From Selaginella moellendorffii (taxonomy: Eukaryota > Plantae > Lycopodiophyta), in the NCBI RefSeq assembly GCF_000143415.4, contig NW_003314294.1:1606770-1670769 (forward strand): 64,000 nt of DNA, in the 5' to 3' direction. This document shows, one piece after another, positions 39,606 through 51,700 of the stretch. A program made the position numbers and the translations under genes. Under the pieces are notes generated by a model, which was not told where the DNA came from, ran no database searches, and worked only from the letters and a program-made list of their open reading frames with translations. Position 1 is the stretch's first letter; each line of letters begins with the position of its first letter.

Positions 39606-41649
39606 GGCATTCCTCTTTTTTTTTTTTTTTTTTTTTTCTTTCTTTCACTTTACTTTCATGGCTCCTTTTCTTACTTTCAGGGGGTGTTTCTCCATTGGAC
39701 CATGGTCCATGCCTTGGATTTCATGCTTAGGCTGCATTGCCGTTTGTATGGAGGTTCCTTGCTTGGCTCGGTCTATGTTCCAAGTTCTTTGGCCCTTCCC
39801 TTACCATAAATATACCCACACATTTTCCACACCCATTCCATATCATCTACACTCATAGTTCCATCACCAATCACTTCCAATAGTGTTGCCCGCACTTACC
39901 TCTAGATGCCTATTTTGCATCTTTCATTCTTTCACCATTGTGCACATCTCCATTTAAGGTCACATTTACACCATACCACGGACACACATACGTGAATAAA
40001 TAGCAAAAGACACCACCTCATTTGGACATGCCGTTTATGAGATATCCTTACGACCATTTGCTAACAACACACTAGCTTTTCTGGAGCAACTTTCTTCCAA
40101 CCGGATGAACCCTAAACCCTAAACCTCTCTTTACTGGCAACCCAGCGACTATGCCATCCTTTTCAACTACCGTCTTCTTAGTCCGACACATTAGACCATA
40201 GGCTTGACACTTTTAGAGATGGCCACCTTCTTAGAGTGCCACCACCATCTTGGCATTCCACTATATCACTCCATCTTTTATCATTTCTACAATTACCACC
40301 CTTGGATAATGCATCCCCTCTTCTACCTCTCTTTCTCTCTCGATTTTGGCCAATCTTTGGAGCATACTGGAAGTCATCAAGAGGCTGCATTTGCATATTA
40401 CACTTTTCTGAGCCGAAATCTAGATATGGGTTAAATTCTTTGGGTACTTACTCTTTTTCTTCTATTTTTCTCCTCGTTTCACACTTTTTCTGCACTTTTT
40501 CTTTAACTTCAAGATCCAGTTTGACTACAAAGTTTTCCACCGGGTTTTCCTCCCTGTCTCTAGACTTCACACTTACCTCTTTTCTTTCTTTTTCCACTTT
40601 TTTTTCTAGAGCTTCTACTATTTCACGCAGTTACCAGCACTTGGCAACAATAACAAAGGTACACTCTACACTCTTCGGAGGGTTCTTGTGCATCTGGAGC
40701 CAGTTATGAGACACAAAATCCCAAGGCCCTAAAGTGGAGCCGAAAGGGTGCCATGTGGTAGTAGCCGAAGCTAAAGCTAAACGAGCATAACACGTTTGGA
40801 CTAAAAGCTCCGACTTGAAAAGGTCGAGAGTGGGAGTGGAACTCCCAGCGAAGGGCTCGAGGAACAAGTACGAAGCAAGCAATAAGCGAGGCTCCAAAAA
40901 GGGACCCAAAAGGACCAACACGTGACACGTGGAGGAGTCCGAGATGGAGTTTGAGATGGACCCGAGTTGGAGTCCGAGATGGAGTTTGAGATGGACCGAG
41001 ATGGAGTCCGAGATGGACCGAGACGGAGTCCGAGATGGAGTCCGAGATGGATCCAAGATGGAGTCCGAGATGGAGTCTGAGATGGAGTCCGAGATGGACT
41101 CGAGAGGGAGTCTGAGATGGAGTCCGAGATGGACCCGAGATGGAGTCTGAAGTCAAGACCGAGATCGAGACCAAGACTGAGATCGGGACCGAGACCGAGA
41201 CCGAGACCGAGGCCGAGGCCGAGACCGAGCCCGAGTCCGAATCCAAGTCCGAGTCTGAGTTCGAGTCTGAGAGGGTGAAAGCCCAAAACATTCGTCTCCC
41301 AGACCCTGGGGGGTTTGGTGAGCTCCAAAAGTATAGTGAGTGGGAGGACTGTAGTGGAGCCAGTTTGGCCAGGAAAGGCCAGTTTGGCCCAGGAAGGCCA
41401 TACCCAGTGTTGGGTGACGAGCTGACCACTGGGAAGTTTAGGACTAAAGTGAATATGGACCGACAAGCGGGGTAGCTTGGTGAAGTATTCAAGAGCTGGC
41501 TCTAGTTCCCCCGGGAGATCAACTGGCCGATGCTCCTAGTCCAAGTGTGGGTGGCACTACCTACTTGGATACCTAGTGTGGCTTAACGGAACCTCGCTCT
41601 AAGCCCATGGCTAGAGCACCAAAAGGCGAGAGGTGGGGAGAGTACCCAT

Positions 41650-41676
41650 ATGCTCTATTTCGTTAAAGTGGGATTT
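41650..41676 (+). repeat. Left terminal inverted repeat (27 bp)
   Basis: Pairs with 54743-54769. Confidence 0.93.
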
Positions 41677-43280
41677 ATTCAGTAAAATGGGACTAGGTAC
41701 AAATTTTCAAGTATTTGAAAATGACGTGAAATTATATGTTTTTTGTCCAGGGGCTAGACATATCTGGGGCATGGTGACTAGCGCGGTGACTTTGTGTCCA
41801 GATTGAGTCCATCTGGCTGTATAATAAATTTCATTGTCAAGGTGAACAAGCCGAATCTGAAGCTAAAGAAGAGCGATGGCATGCGCGCACACACTATTTG
41901 TTTGTTCATTGAGCGTGTGGTGAGCTTTCCAAGATGAACGTCATTCCTATTAGCCAGACATATAACTTAATGGTGAGAACATTTAGATATTATTCAATGT
42001 TATCTTTTTCTAACGAATCTAATTGTGAAGGTGTAGCAAGAGGCATTGCTAGTCTGGAGAAGTTATTTAACTCATTTGACCCTTAGTGTATTTTCATGAA
42101 ACTAAATAACATTCATATTATTAAGGAATTTCTCTAGTACCTTTTTTTTATGACATAGAGGCTTGCATTTCTTTCAAAGGTGATTTAGTAAAAGGCCTGA
42201 GGGCACATGCCATTCTATTTCTCAGACCGGTATTAAGATATACTAGTGCAAAGGGAAAAAGGTATTTAGTGATCAAGTAAATGGCATGAGGGCACACGCC
42301 ATTATAAGCCTAAGCGCTAGTGGACACCTCCTTTTTGGTACTCTCAGCGGTACTATCATCCTTCTCCGGGTCAGTTGTTTTACTTTGGATTGTTGTCTCT
42401 AACGTTACTGGGGCGTTCTCGATAGTTGTTAATGTTGCCGTTTGTTCAGAAAAATGATCACCTGGAGTATAGTACGGGGAGTTTGGAAGACTTATATATT
42501 CTACATCTTCACCTATCTCCTTCTCCGTCTCCTTTTCTGCCTCACTTACAGATTTTGTGCTTGCCATGAGAACGCTCTTCACCCTAAAATATGGAGTTCG
42601 TTGTGTTATAAAAGGAAACCAACACACACGCTGCAAGGGAATGATGGTACATAAAGCACGTAAGCCCACAATATGGGTTTATGTGCCATTAATATGGGCC
42701 ACATGCCATATTATTAGATTTATGCACGTGTGATTGGTAAATGCATATGTCACATCATCTTTGTTTTACCTCACACACTATATTAGGCCTAATGAACCAT
42801 ATCACATGTGCGCACATGCTATATATATGGAGAAGTATTATGCAAGGATAGAAAAATTCAATGCATGATTGTGGAGAGCAATGGCATGAAGCCACATGCT
42901 AAATAACATTTTAGAGAAAGAATTAAAATAAAAACATGCAAACAGTACTGAGTAGACCAAGACTTAGAAGTGCACAATTGAATGAGGTATTTCTAATAAA
43001 TATTTCACTCACCTCATATAGGAATGGCTACCACTCTCAAATGGCGTATCGCCTCATGCCATCACCTTGCAATTTGTTATAACAATCCGATGAATTCATA
43101 TTCGGCTTGTTCACCTTGAACTTTAAGTAAGATTTGCCAGAACAACTAAGAATTTATACTTGTTATTTGTATCATCTCACCTAGGAATGGCGTAAGGCCA
43201 CATGCCATCACGCCTCCTCTGATTCAGATTCGGATTGTTCACCTTGAAATAAAATACATTAGAAACTTAGTAAAGGAATA

Positions 43281-46200
43281 TTAATGAATCTCACCTTGAA
43301 CCCGGGTTATGAATGCTCTTGCTGCATCTCTTGCATGGTTTGGCAAGGTGATGGTGGCACTCTGCTTCCGCATCCAACCATGCACAACATTATCCACCGA
43401 TATGCTCATGCTGGGATCCCTTGGATTCAGCACCCATCTCTTTTCTAGGCAATCCTTCGTATATCTGGAACTTGGCTTGAACCACTCCACAGTTACATTG
43501 AAGGAGTTAGTTTCCGCGTCCTCCTCTGCATCAGTGATGCAGCGCCCCACCCATATCATTTGTTTTTTATTACTAGGTCTGACAAGCACAACCATTCCTT
43601 TGCAGACCTGTACTGGATTGAATGCTGAATCCGGCTTCTTGTTCCTCGGCCCACAATAGTGATCCTCAACATCGTTATCTGTCACTGCATTTCCAGAGGA
43701 CATTGTTCCGCTACTATCTGGTGCTCTGGGTTCTGGCCAAAAGGACTCTTCCAATTCTTCATATACAACCGGCCCATTTTGGATAGCAGATATAATCTTC
43801 TCCTAGTATTCGATCAAAGGCTTGCACCTCTGAAAATAGGATTCTCCACCAAACACCAACCCCCTCTTCCAGAAGGCAATATGCTGTCTAATCCCGGCCA
43901 CTATACTTTCCTGGTCTTTGAGTCCATCCGGGTGCATCGGCCGTGGGGAACCTTGAGGAATCATAGGTTCCCCAGTTATGGGATCTCTCTTGAAGAGTTC
44001 AATGCCGTCCACTGGCAGCCACACTGTGTCCCATTCTCTCATCTTGTACCTCATCACTAGAGCACCGTCATGCATGCTGAAATGAAACTGAAGAGGCTTG
44101 GAGTGGCCAATCAGCGTTTCGGATCCGTCCCTGATGTAGCCTCTTACAAACCCCTTAAAGTCTGGAACCTCTATCACAAGTGCAGCTTCAACAGTGCCTT
44201 TGATGCAATTTTGGAATTCATCGTAGAGTTGTGGGAGGGTGAGGACATTGGATCGCCGGAGGGACTCTGCCAGGTGACTGAACATGGCATCGACGTCTTC
44301 ATGAGTGTGCCCAACCATGAGAAAGCCAAGTGTAACTGTTTCAAATATGCCTTTGGCAACAAGCATCGCCAAGTACGCGAAGACGTACATGTTTTTGTTC
44401 TCACTGCCAGCATTGTCTGTTTGGAGCAGAAGATGGGGTGGAAGGCCACATCGGCCGCAAGAACTTCCTTGAGATTCTGCTTCGTTTGGATGAGGTTGTG
44501 CATTCACCGGGCGACCAGCCTCGTCGGAATGGCATGAGGCCTCACGTGATAACCCTACAATCTGACGGCCAACATATTCACTGGGATGGCATGGGGCCCC
44601 ACGCAATACTACAAGCCTTTGCTCCTCCTCCAGCTGAACCCTGTATGGGGTTCGATCGACAAGGGCCTTATGCAAGGGTTGGCCGTTCAGCTCAGTCTGC
44701 GCACTTTGCAGAGACCTTAAGTGTTTTGCTAGGGACGCAATCATCATGTTTGCACCCCCGCCACCCCATAGAGGTACAAAGAAGTTCCCATAGTTCTGGG
44801 CACCATGCCCATGAGCGATTATGCCAAACAGAGACACAAGCAGCTGCATGGATGAAGAGATTGCCTTGGGGGCAGGATTGAGTCGAGGTAAGCACGTCTT
44901 TTTCTGGTCCATTTTGTCGTGGATGATGCAGAGGTAAGAGTCAGGTCTCTCCATGGAGAGAATCCTGTTATAATAATATGCAGTCTTGCAGCTTCTCTGC
45001 TCGATGTTGTGGTCGAGCCGCCTTCTAACCAACGTCTCTCGCTCTTGAGCGATGCAAGAATTCTTCGACAAAGCCATTTTGATAGCAGTGCACTCGTCAC
45101 ACTTTGAAAAGCTGGAGTACTTTCCTATACTCACATCCCTAAACCTGTTGCTCCACAATCTACTAAGTTTAGATTGGCTCAGCTTCCTGTAGCCATTACT
45201 CTGGAGTTCCCGATTCACATCTTCCAATATGGCCCCCTTGGTATACATGGAAGGGAGAACTTGTTGGGTGTCTCGAGTTCCATCTTCCAAGAGGCGGGTT
45301 TTATGTGGTTGCTGCTCGCTACATGTCTCGACAAACCTCTTGAAGATTGCCTCTCCATATACAATATGACCCCTGGTTTTGTGAGTACCGTCGTTCCCAT
45401 GGATTGCCTGTTGAACCCTTTGTTCCTTGAACTCAGTTTTGATTCTGTAGAATGTGGTTCGAGGGACTCCATAAATGATTCTCCATGCCTTCATGCAGAC
45501 CAAACCCCTCTGGAAGACCATGCCCCCCACTTGATGTTCTGAAGCATCAACAGATGACCGTAATGCCTCATACACAAAATTGCGAGCTGCCTTCCAGGAC
45601 AATGTCTTGTATGTTGCTCTCTCCTCTTCAATAGCATCCCAATCAGCATGTTGACAGCACCTCCTCTTGCAACAAGCAACTGTCGAGACCATTCGAACCT
45701 CCATCGCCATTTTCTGCCTTTTCGGTTCGTTGCTCAGATCCCTTTGGCTGCGCTTTAGGAAGGTGTACTTTCTTTTCCCATGAAGAGATGTTCTGTCATC
45801 AGTTGTAGTGGTGTTTGATTGTGAATCCTTCACATTCTCAAACACTAAGTGCCTCAATTTCCACCGCACAATGCTTCCAATAGTCAGACTGTTTTCTTCT
45901 GTGTCAACAACCTCTAAAATCGCAACTCCAATATCATCCCAGCCTAATTCTTAATTAGCAACCGCATCTCTTGGATCGACAACTGTGGCTAAGCCCTCAG
46001 CTACCACCTCCCCCTCGGGGTTGTTTAGAAACACCTTTGCTTGAATCCATGTAGCACGGTTCTTAAAATCCACGGAGGGAACATACGTCGCACTTGCGTT
46101 GTCCCTAACATCTGCTTTCTTTTGAAGATTTTTCAAGGCAACAACAACATTTACCCCGACGACCATCTCTCCTCGTTCAATAGCGACCACATTCCCATCG

Positions 46201-46349
46201 AAGACAGTCTCTACTGATATAACAACATTGCCTTCCCCAAGCCTTTGACAGTGTATAACAAAGTTCTGATCCATAGACACAAGGGTCCCTTTTGCAACTC
46301 TCTTCCCACCATTCAAAATGTAAACCTTTTCCCCAACCCTGAAGGCCAT
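43281..46349 (-). pseudogene. Sola1/DUF7869-like DDD/E transposase, ~1,020 codons with two in-frame stops
   Basis: ORFs 45951-46349, 43803-45869 and 43281-43754 share one frame (stops TAA 45951-45953 and TAG 43803-43805). Motifs CCKRRC, CMKAWRIIYGV, CDEC...H, IIHDKMDQ, LQTDNAGSENKN and LMVGHTHEDVDAMFS. A splice acceptor precedes the ATG and a donor near 43293 suggests further exons. Confidence 0.85.
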
Positions 46350-46714
46350 TCTGAAAGTGCAGAAAAGAAGTTAAGACCATACAAAAAATGATTGGAGAAT
46401 GGCCTAAATCATAACATACCAAACAACCTCAATAGCATGAAGCCACATGCCATTATTCAAACATGCTATTGACACCCACGTGAAATTTCGCATTCACAAA
46501 ATTGGCATGAGCCCTCATGCCATCTTGATATACACACAGCTGCAGGCAAGTAAAAACATACATGACAATACGCTAGCCATGAAATTGCAAGGGCCCAAGA
46601 TGGCATGTGGCCTCATGCCATTTCTAAATGTGGTCCTAAGCCATTCCATGGTGAACATACCAGGAAGCACAAGTGCCGAATATCAAGAGGAAGCGGTAGC
46701 CACACCAAAGACAG

Positions 46715-46850
46715 TGCCGCTCGCAACACTGCAACTACTCGTAGCGCCGCTCGCAACACCGCAACTGCTCGTAGCGCCGCTCGCACAAACTGCCACTCGC
46801 ATAAACTGCCGCTCGCAATGGCGCTCGCAATGCCGCAACCGCTCGTAGAC
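46715..46850. repeat. 30-bp GC-rich tandem repeat (GCCGCTCGCAACAC.GCAACT.CTCGTAGC) in the divergent intergenic region
   Basis: Seen directly, 3-4 units. Confidence 0.75.
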
Positions 46851-48702
46851 GCATAAACCACATCTCACAACGCCGCTTACACAAGCAGCGCTCACTGCGC
46901 TCAGCGGAACCAAGAACACAACAGACAAAAATGATAGACCTAGGAATGAGTTCGAGAATTCAAAAATAACATACGCTTGAACGTCACATCAAATCCTCTG
47001 ACAAACCAGATCTTATGATTCCTCTGACAAATTTCAAACTGAGTAGCTTCTAGACTTTGCTGTCGGAGGTTGAACTTTGTCACATCATGTCCTTGCCTCG
47101 ATCCAGCTGTGCCATGTTAGTGATTCGAACTTTGCCATGCCATGTCAGCGATCCGCACCAAGATTATTCGCCGTGTAAAGGAATAATTATGCTGTGTGTG
47201 TACGTCCATTTATGGCAATATAAGGCCACACGCCATTCAAAGAATAATGCTAGTCGAGCATTTTTTGGTGCATTTTTGGGTTCAAAATTGCATGAGCCCA
47301 CACGCTATAAAGTTTACCTGTACCAAAAATAGAAACAGCTTTATTTACTTGGGAATTTAAGTAGTTGAGGCATTTTTAAACTTACAAACACATACCCTAC
47401 TTACATTCCTTTGGTTGCTTAAAATTCAAAAATATTATAAACCTTTCTTTTTGCATTTTCAATGTTTTCAATTATGGTTTTTGATTTTCGTAGGACCAAC
47501 CTAGTAATCTATTTGCATCCCGTCATGTTTATAGCTAGCTTTCGTTTGTCCCCTTCGCTAGCCTGAGATACATCTGCTCGGCATCTGCCTCTTACAGCAT
47601 TTGCCCAGAAAGGGCATCTTTCTTCACGCAACATTTGCCACATGTTTAGGGTTTAAGGTTTAGCAATTCAGTAGCTTGATAAACATGCAAATACAGAACT
47701 TGATGCAAAATCCTTTGATATGTCACAATGCCCCTAGGACCATAAACACATTTCAATAGAGAGGGTCCTTTCATTTCATAACTCCTTACATAGATCTTGG
47801 TGAAACCAGAGTTAGTGAAGTTGGTTTCTTGTGATCCCGCATCTGATTGTGATGTCCCTTTGCAGTGTCGATGGAAACGTCAATGCACACCAAACTGTAG
47901 AATCTTGGAGCAAAATAACGGTCGAATCTATGGCAAATGCCCATGAAACATTGTAAGGCTCGTGTGGTCTCATGTGGTGTCCGATCAAGATGCTTCTTTG
48001 CAGGGTCATCAAGAAGGACATTGTATACCATTCTTTATTTAGCTGAACATCTGGCATTTTTGGAAATACAAGATGCTTTGGAATATCTAATCATGTATGG
48101 TATAAATATAGCGAGGGTATTAAATGATATCCCAATCATGATCTTTCTTTTGGATTTCGCGTGCATGTAGTCCGAGGAATGATGACGTTGGGGATTTCTT
48201 TTGGATTTCACGTGCATGCATGCGCGCGGCGATCCAGAAATTAATGGTGGCGCCCAAGTCCGAGGAATGATGATGTGGCAGGATTACCAACCGTCGTGAC
48301 ATTTCGCGCGTGTGAGGTTAGGTTTTGCATCGTACTCGCGCTCGCACACTCGCGCTTGCATCGCGCTCCCACTCGCGATCACACTCACATTCGCGCTCAT
48401 CTACCTTCTCTACAGGTTTCTTGTGTGCATCGGCATCCACTCGCGCTTGCATCACACTCGTGCTCGCATCGCGCTCGTGTGCATCGGCGTCCACTTCAAG
48501 ACACACCCAGTTTGTAACTTCGCCACCAACTCCGCCGCCCACTTCGCCACCCACACGCAGCCCACTTGGCGTCCCGAGAGATTTCAGCACCACTCTCCAA
48601 CTGTAAGTGGCAGAGTAGCCTTGCTGCTACAATCCGTTACACACATAGTGCACATTCGCCAGCGAGTCCAACCTCGATTGTCACGCCTCCATTTGGCTTC
48701 AA

Positions 48703-51700
48703 ATGGTAAGTCTTTTAGGCCAAGTAGAAAATGGCATGAGGCCACATGCCATTCAGTAGCAACATTGGCATGCACCGATTGGGCTCTCGAGTGCAGTCCG
48801 GTTACAGATGGCGTGTAGCCTCACGCCATCTTAGGATGCAGCCTCAAGACATCTGATGCAGTGGTGAATGGCGTGTGGCCTCACGTTATTTCCAGCTGCT
48901 AGCTTTTCATCTGTCAGCTCTAATTGTTGTGCATTTCTGAACAGGCGAGGAATTGCGTTCTTCTTCCAGCCACTGTTAATGTGGATGCAGAGAAGGGGGA
49001 GGAGCTCACCAGTTGGACTTTCGGGATGGAAGGCGAGGATCTGATGCTGTACAACACAGATGGTGGGAGAAAAGAATGCATGGGGATCCTCATCCAAGTG
49101 ACAGACACTCCATGCAGTTCCATGCAAGAATATGGACTGGCACTTGTGGTAGAGACAGCGTCCGCCTTCAAGATCCACCTTGCACATCCTAGCGGCTTCC
49201 CGGAGGGGGGCAGCGGCTATGAGGAATTCCTAGAGGGAGCTAGGGAGAGGTTGTCCAGGAGGCCCACAATTTCAAAGACGCTGCGGGTCTATGAAGATCA
49301 CATGGAATCCACGGACCTCACCTATGGCGATGTTCAAAAACTATATTCCAACATTGAGCTGTTGAGAGTGCCTCCAGTTCGCGAAGCGAAGGGGAAGGGG
49401 GTCGATCTGGAAACTACCCCGAAGCAGAAAAGGGTGGTCAAGCTCAAGCCAACGTCCGACTCTCCTGCTCCAAAAAAGAAGCTACTCGGTGATGCCATTG
49501 CCTCGGGTTCGAACACTACACCCACCAAAAAGAAGAGCCGCAAAGAGCAGAAAGAGCAAGAAGAGGCAGCAAAAATCATCGCAGATAATAGTACTTGTTA
49601 CTATTCCAACAAAGTATATACAATCGACGTGAGCCGTATCGACATCCAAAGCAAATACAACCACAGGCTAGTATCTGATGAGTGGGTGGAGAAACTGAAG
49701 CAGAAGATGCTGGCAAGTCCAGTAACACCCGACATCGCAGACGTGATCCCCTACTACCGAACAATGAAGGGCGAGACGAGGTTTCCAGACTTGATCAATA
49801 GGAAGGTGTTGGACGATCAAAACATCCGGTTCTATGCCGTCTCCGGGCAGCATTCTAGCTTGGCGATGCAAGAGATAGTTGTGGATATTATGGTGGGCGA
49901 GGAGGTGAAGAAAGTCTTCAAGACAAGAGTTGTCCGCCTGATAAAAGGCAACTCGCCCCTCCGATCTATCATATACATCTCCTACGCGCAGAATGTCAAG
50001 CAAGAAACGTGCTACAAATCGGGTCTGCACGAGACATTGGCACAAACACGGAAGCTCTGGGTTCAACTGAAGAAGCCACAAAAACCAGGACAAGGACGTG
50101 CACTAGCAACTAGCGCCTGGCAAGTAAGCCTCGTTGCATGTGGCATAGCATGTGGCCTCATGCCATTTCCATTGCAGGAATTCTCGAGTCTTCTCTCGAA
50201 AACACTGGGGGTCAATAACACACTCAGCATCCATAACATTGTGACAAAAGTTGTTTGTGACAAATGGGTAGATGTGCTGAGGAGGTACCATGACGGGGAG
50301 TTGCTAGACTCAATAGGTGTGGAGGACGGCCGGAAGCCCAATGATTTGAAGCTCAACGCCTTGCGTTTCTCGCGGTCTCTAGATGACGACGACCTTCAGA
50401 CAGTGGCTAATGCTCTTCTACGTGGTGAGGTAGTCTTCAACAAGACCAAAATGACTCCTGGCCATATTGTGACATACGAGGACTTGTGCACGACTCTGAG
50501 AGCTCGTGCAGTATTGAAGGATTGGATCTTCGAGCAACTGGCCGTGGAGAGGGTGAGCATCGACACCACGCAAGAGATGATGGAAGAGCTGGAGTTGTCA
50601 AATGAAGACATCGACGAGTACATGAAGGGGGCCCCCAAGTTCATCAATCTGCTGCGGGATGCCATGAAAAGTAAAGCTGAGAAGTTGGATCAATATCCAA
50701 ATTTTATTAAGAAGGATGTCGACTGCTGGCTTCAGAAACAACTCGACCCCGCAGCAGAGGCCTATCGAGAACCTTACCGGGTATACGTGAATTCGGATGA
50801 GGATCAAAGGTGGAGGAGCATTGTTTCCCACGGAGATGAGCAGGTCAAAAACATCTTTTGTGTGATGGACTTCACAAACGAGGAGATCACTCATGCAGAT
50901 GAAGTCAGCTCCATCATTGACTTAATGGTGGGACTTGCGGAGGTGGAATCTTTAGTCCACTATATGATCTACGACTCCGAATCCTATCACAAGTTCTGGA
51001 AGGCCTTGAACGAGGTGAAGGCTCGGTTGAAAGGCAAGGAGATGCGGGAGATCCATGGGATAATGGCTAAGAAGAAGATACGGACGAATATCCGGATCTT
51101 CACACTCACCCTTGTTATTGGTCCTGCAGCAGAGTGGGACTGGAGTGACTTCTCAGCTTCGTTCAACAAGGCCGATCGAATTGATCTGAGGGAGGTCAAT
51201 TTACCCGTGCCTGAGGAACTGAAGACGGCTATGGAGCTTTCGAATCCAGAGAAAGCTCCAGGTGTCGCATGGGAAATGCTCAGCTGGGTCTTCAACGCAA
51301 TAGCGGGTGGGTCACCTGCTTCCGACTCCAAGGGCAAATGCGTTGTCGAGCACAACTGCGGCGGACTATTCTTTCGAGCCGCACTACTCAAGGGTGTCCC
51401 GTGTGTTGCGGTGACAAACTCCATTGAAGAGGTGACTTCAATGGAGCATATAATTACAGTTGCCAAAGAAAAACAGTATCTTCTCTGCGAACCTGGTGAG
51501 TACGCACTTTAAGTTTAAATGTTATCTCACAAGCTCTGTATGCAGGAGCGTGGCCACCCCCAGATGCTGAAACGGCGTTAACAGCTACTGTTGAAGATAC
51601 CCATGTTGGGCCGAGCTCACAACCTGCACAAGGTAAGGTCACGTGAGGCCTCACGCCATTTTGATTATAGATCGTTGTGAATATTCAGACACGAGGACTG

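Noticed and set aside
47646-47662. Telomere insertion inside the transposon (also 40110-40125)
   Set aside because: Only two to three imperfect units; compatible with telo-box-like motifs or chance.
50840-51450. Active DNA methyltransferase
   Set aside because: No DPPY/NPPY/SPPY or FxGxG motif is intact; at most a degenerate fold, reported as tentative.
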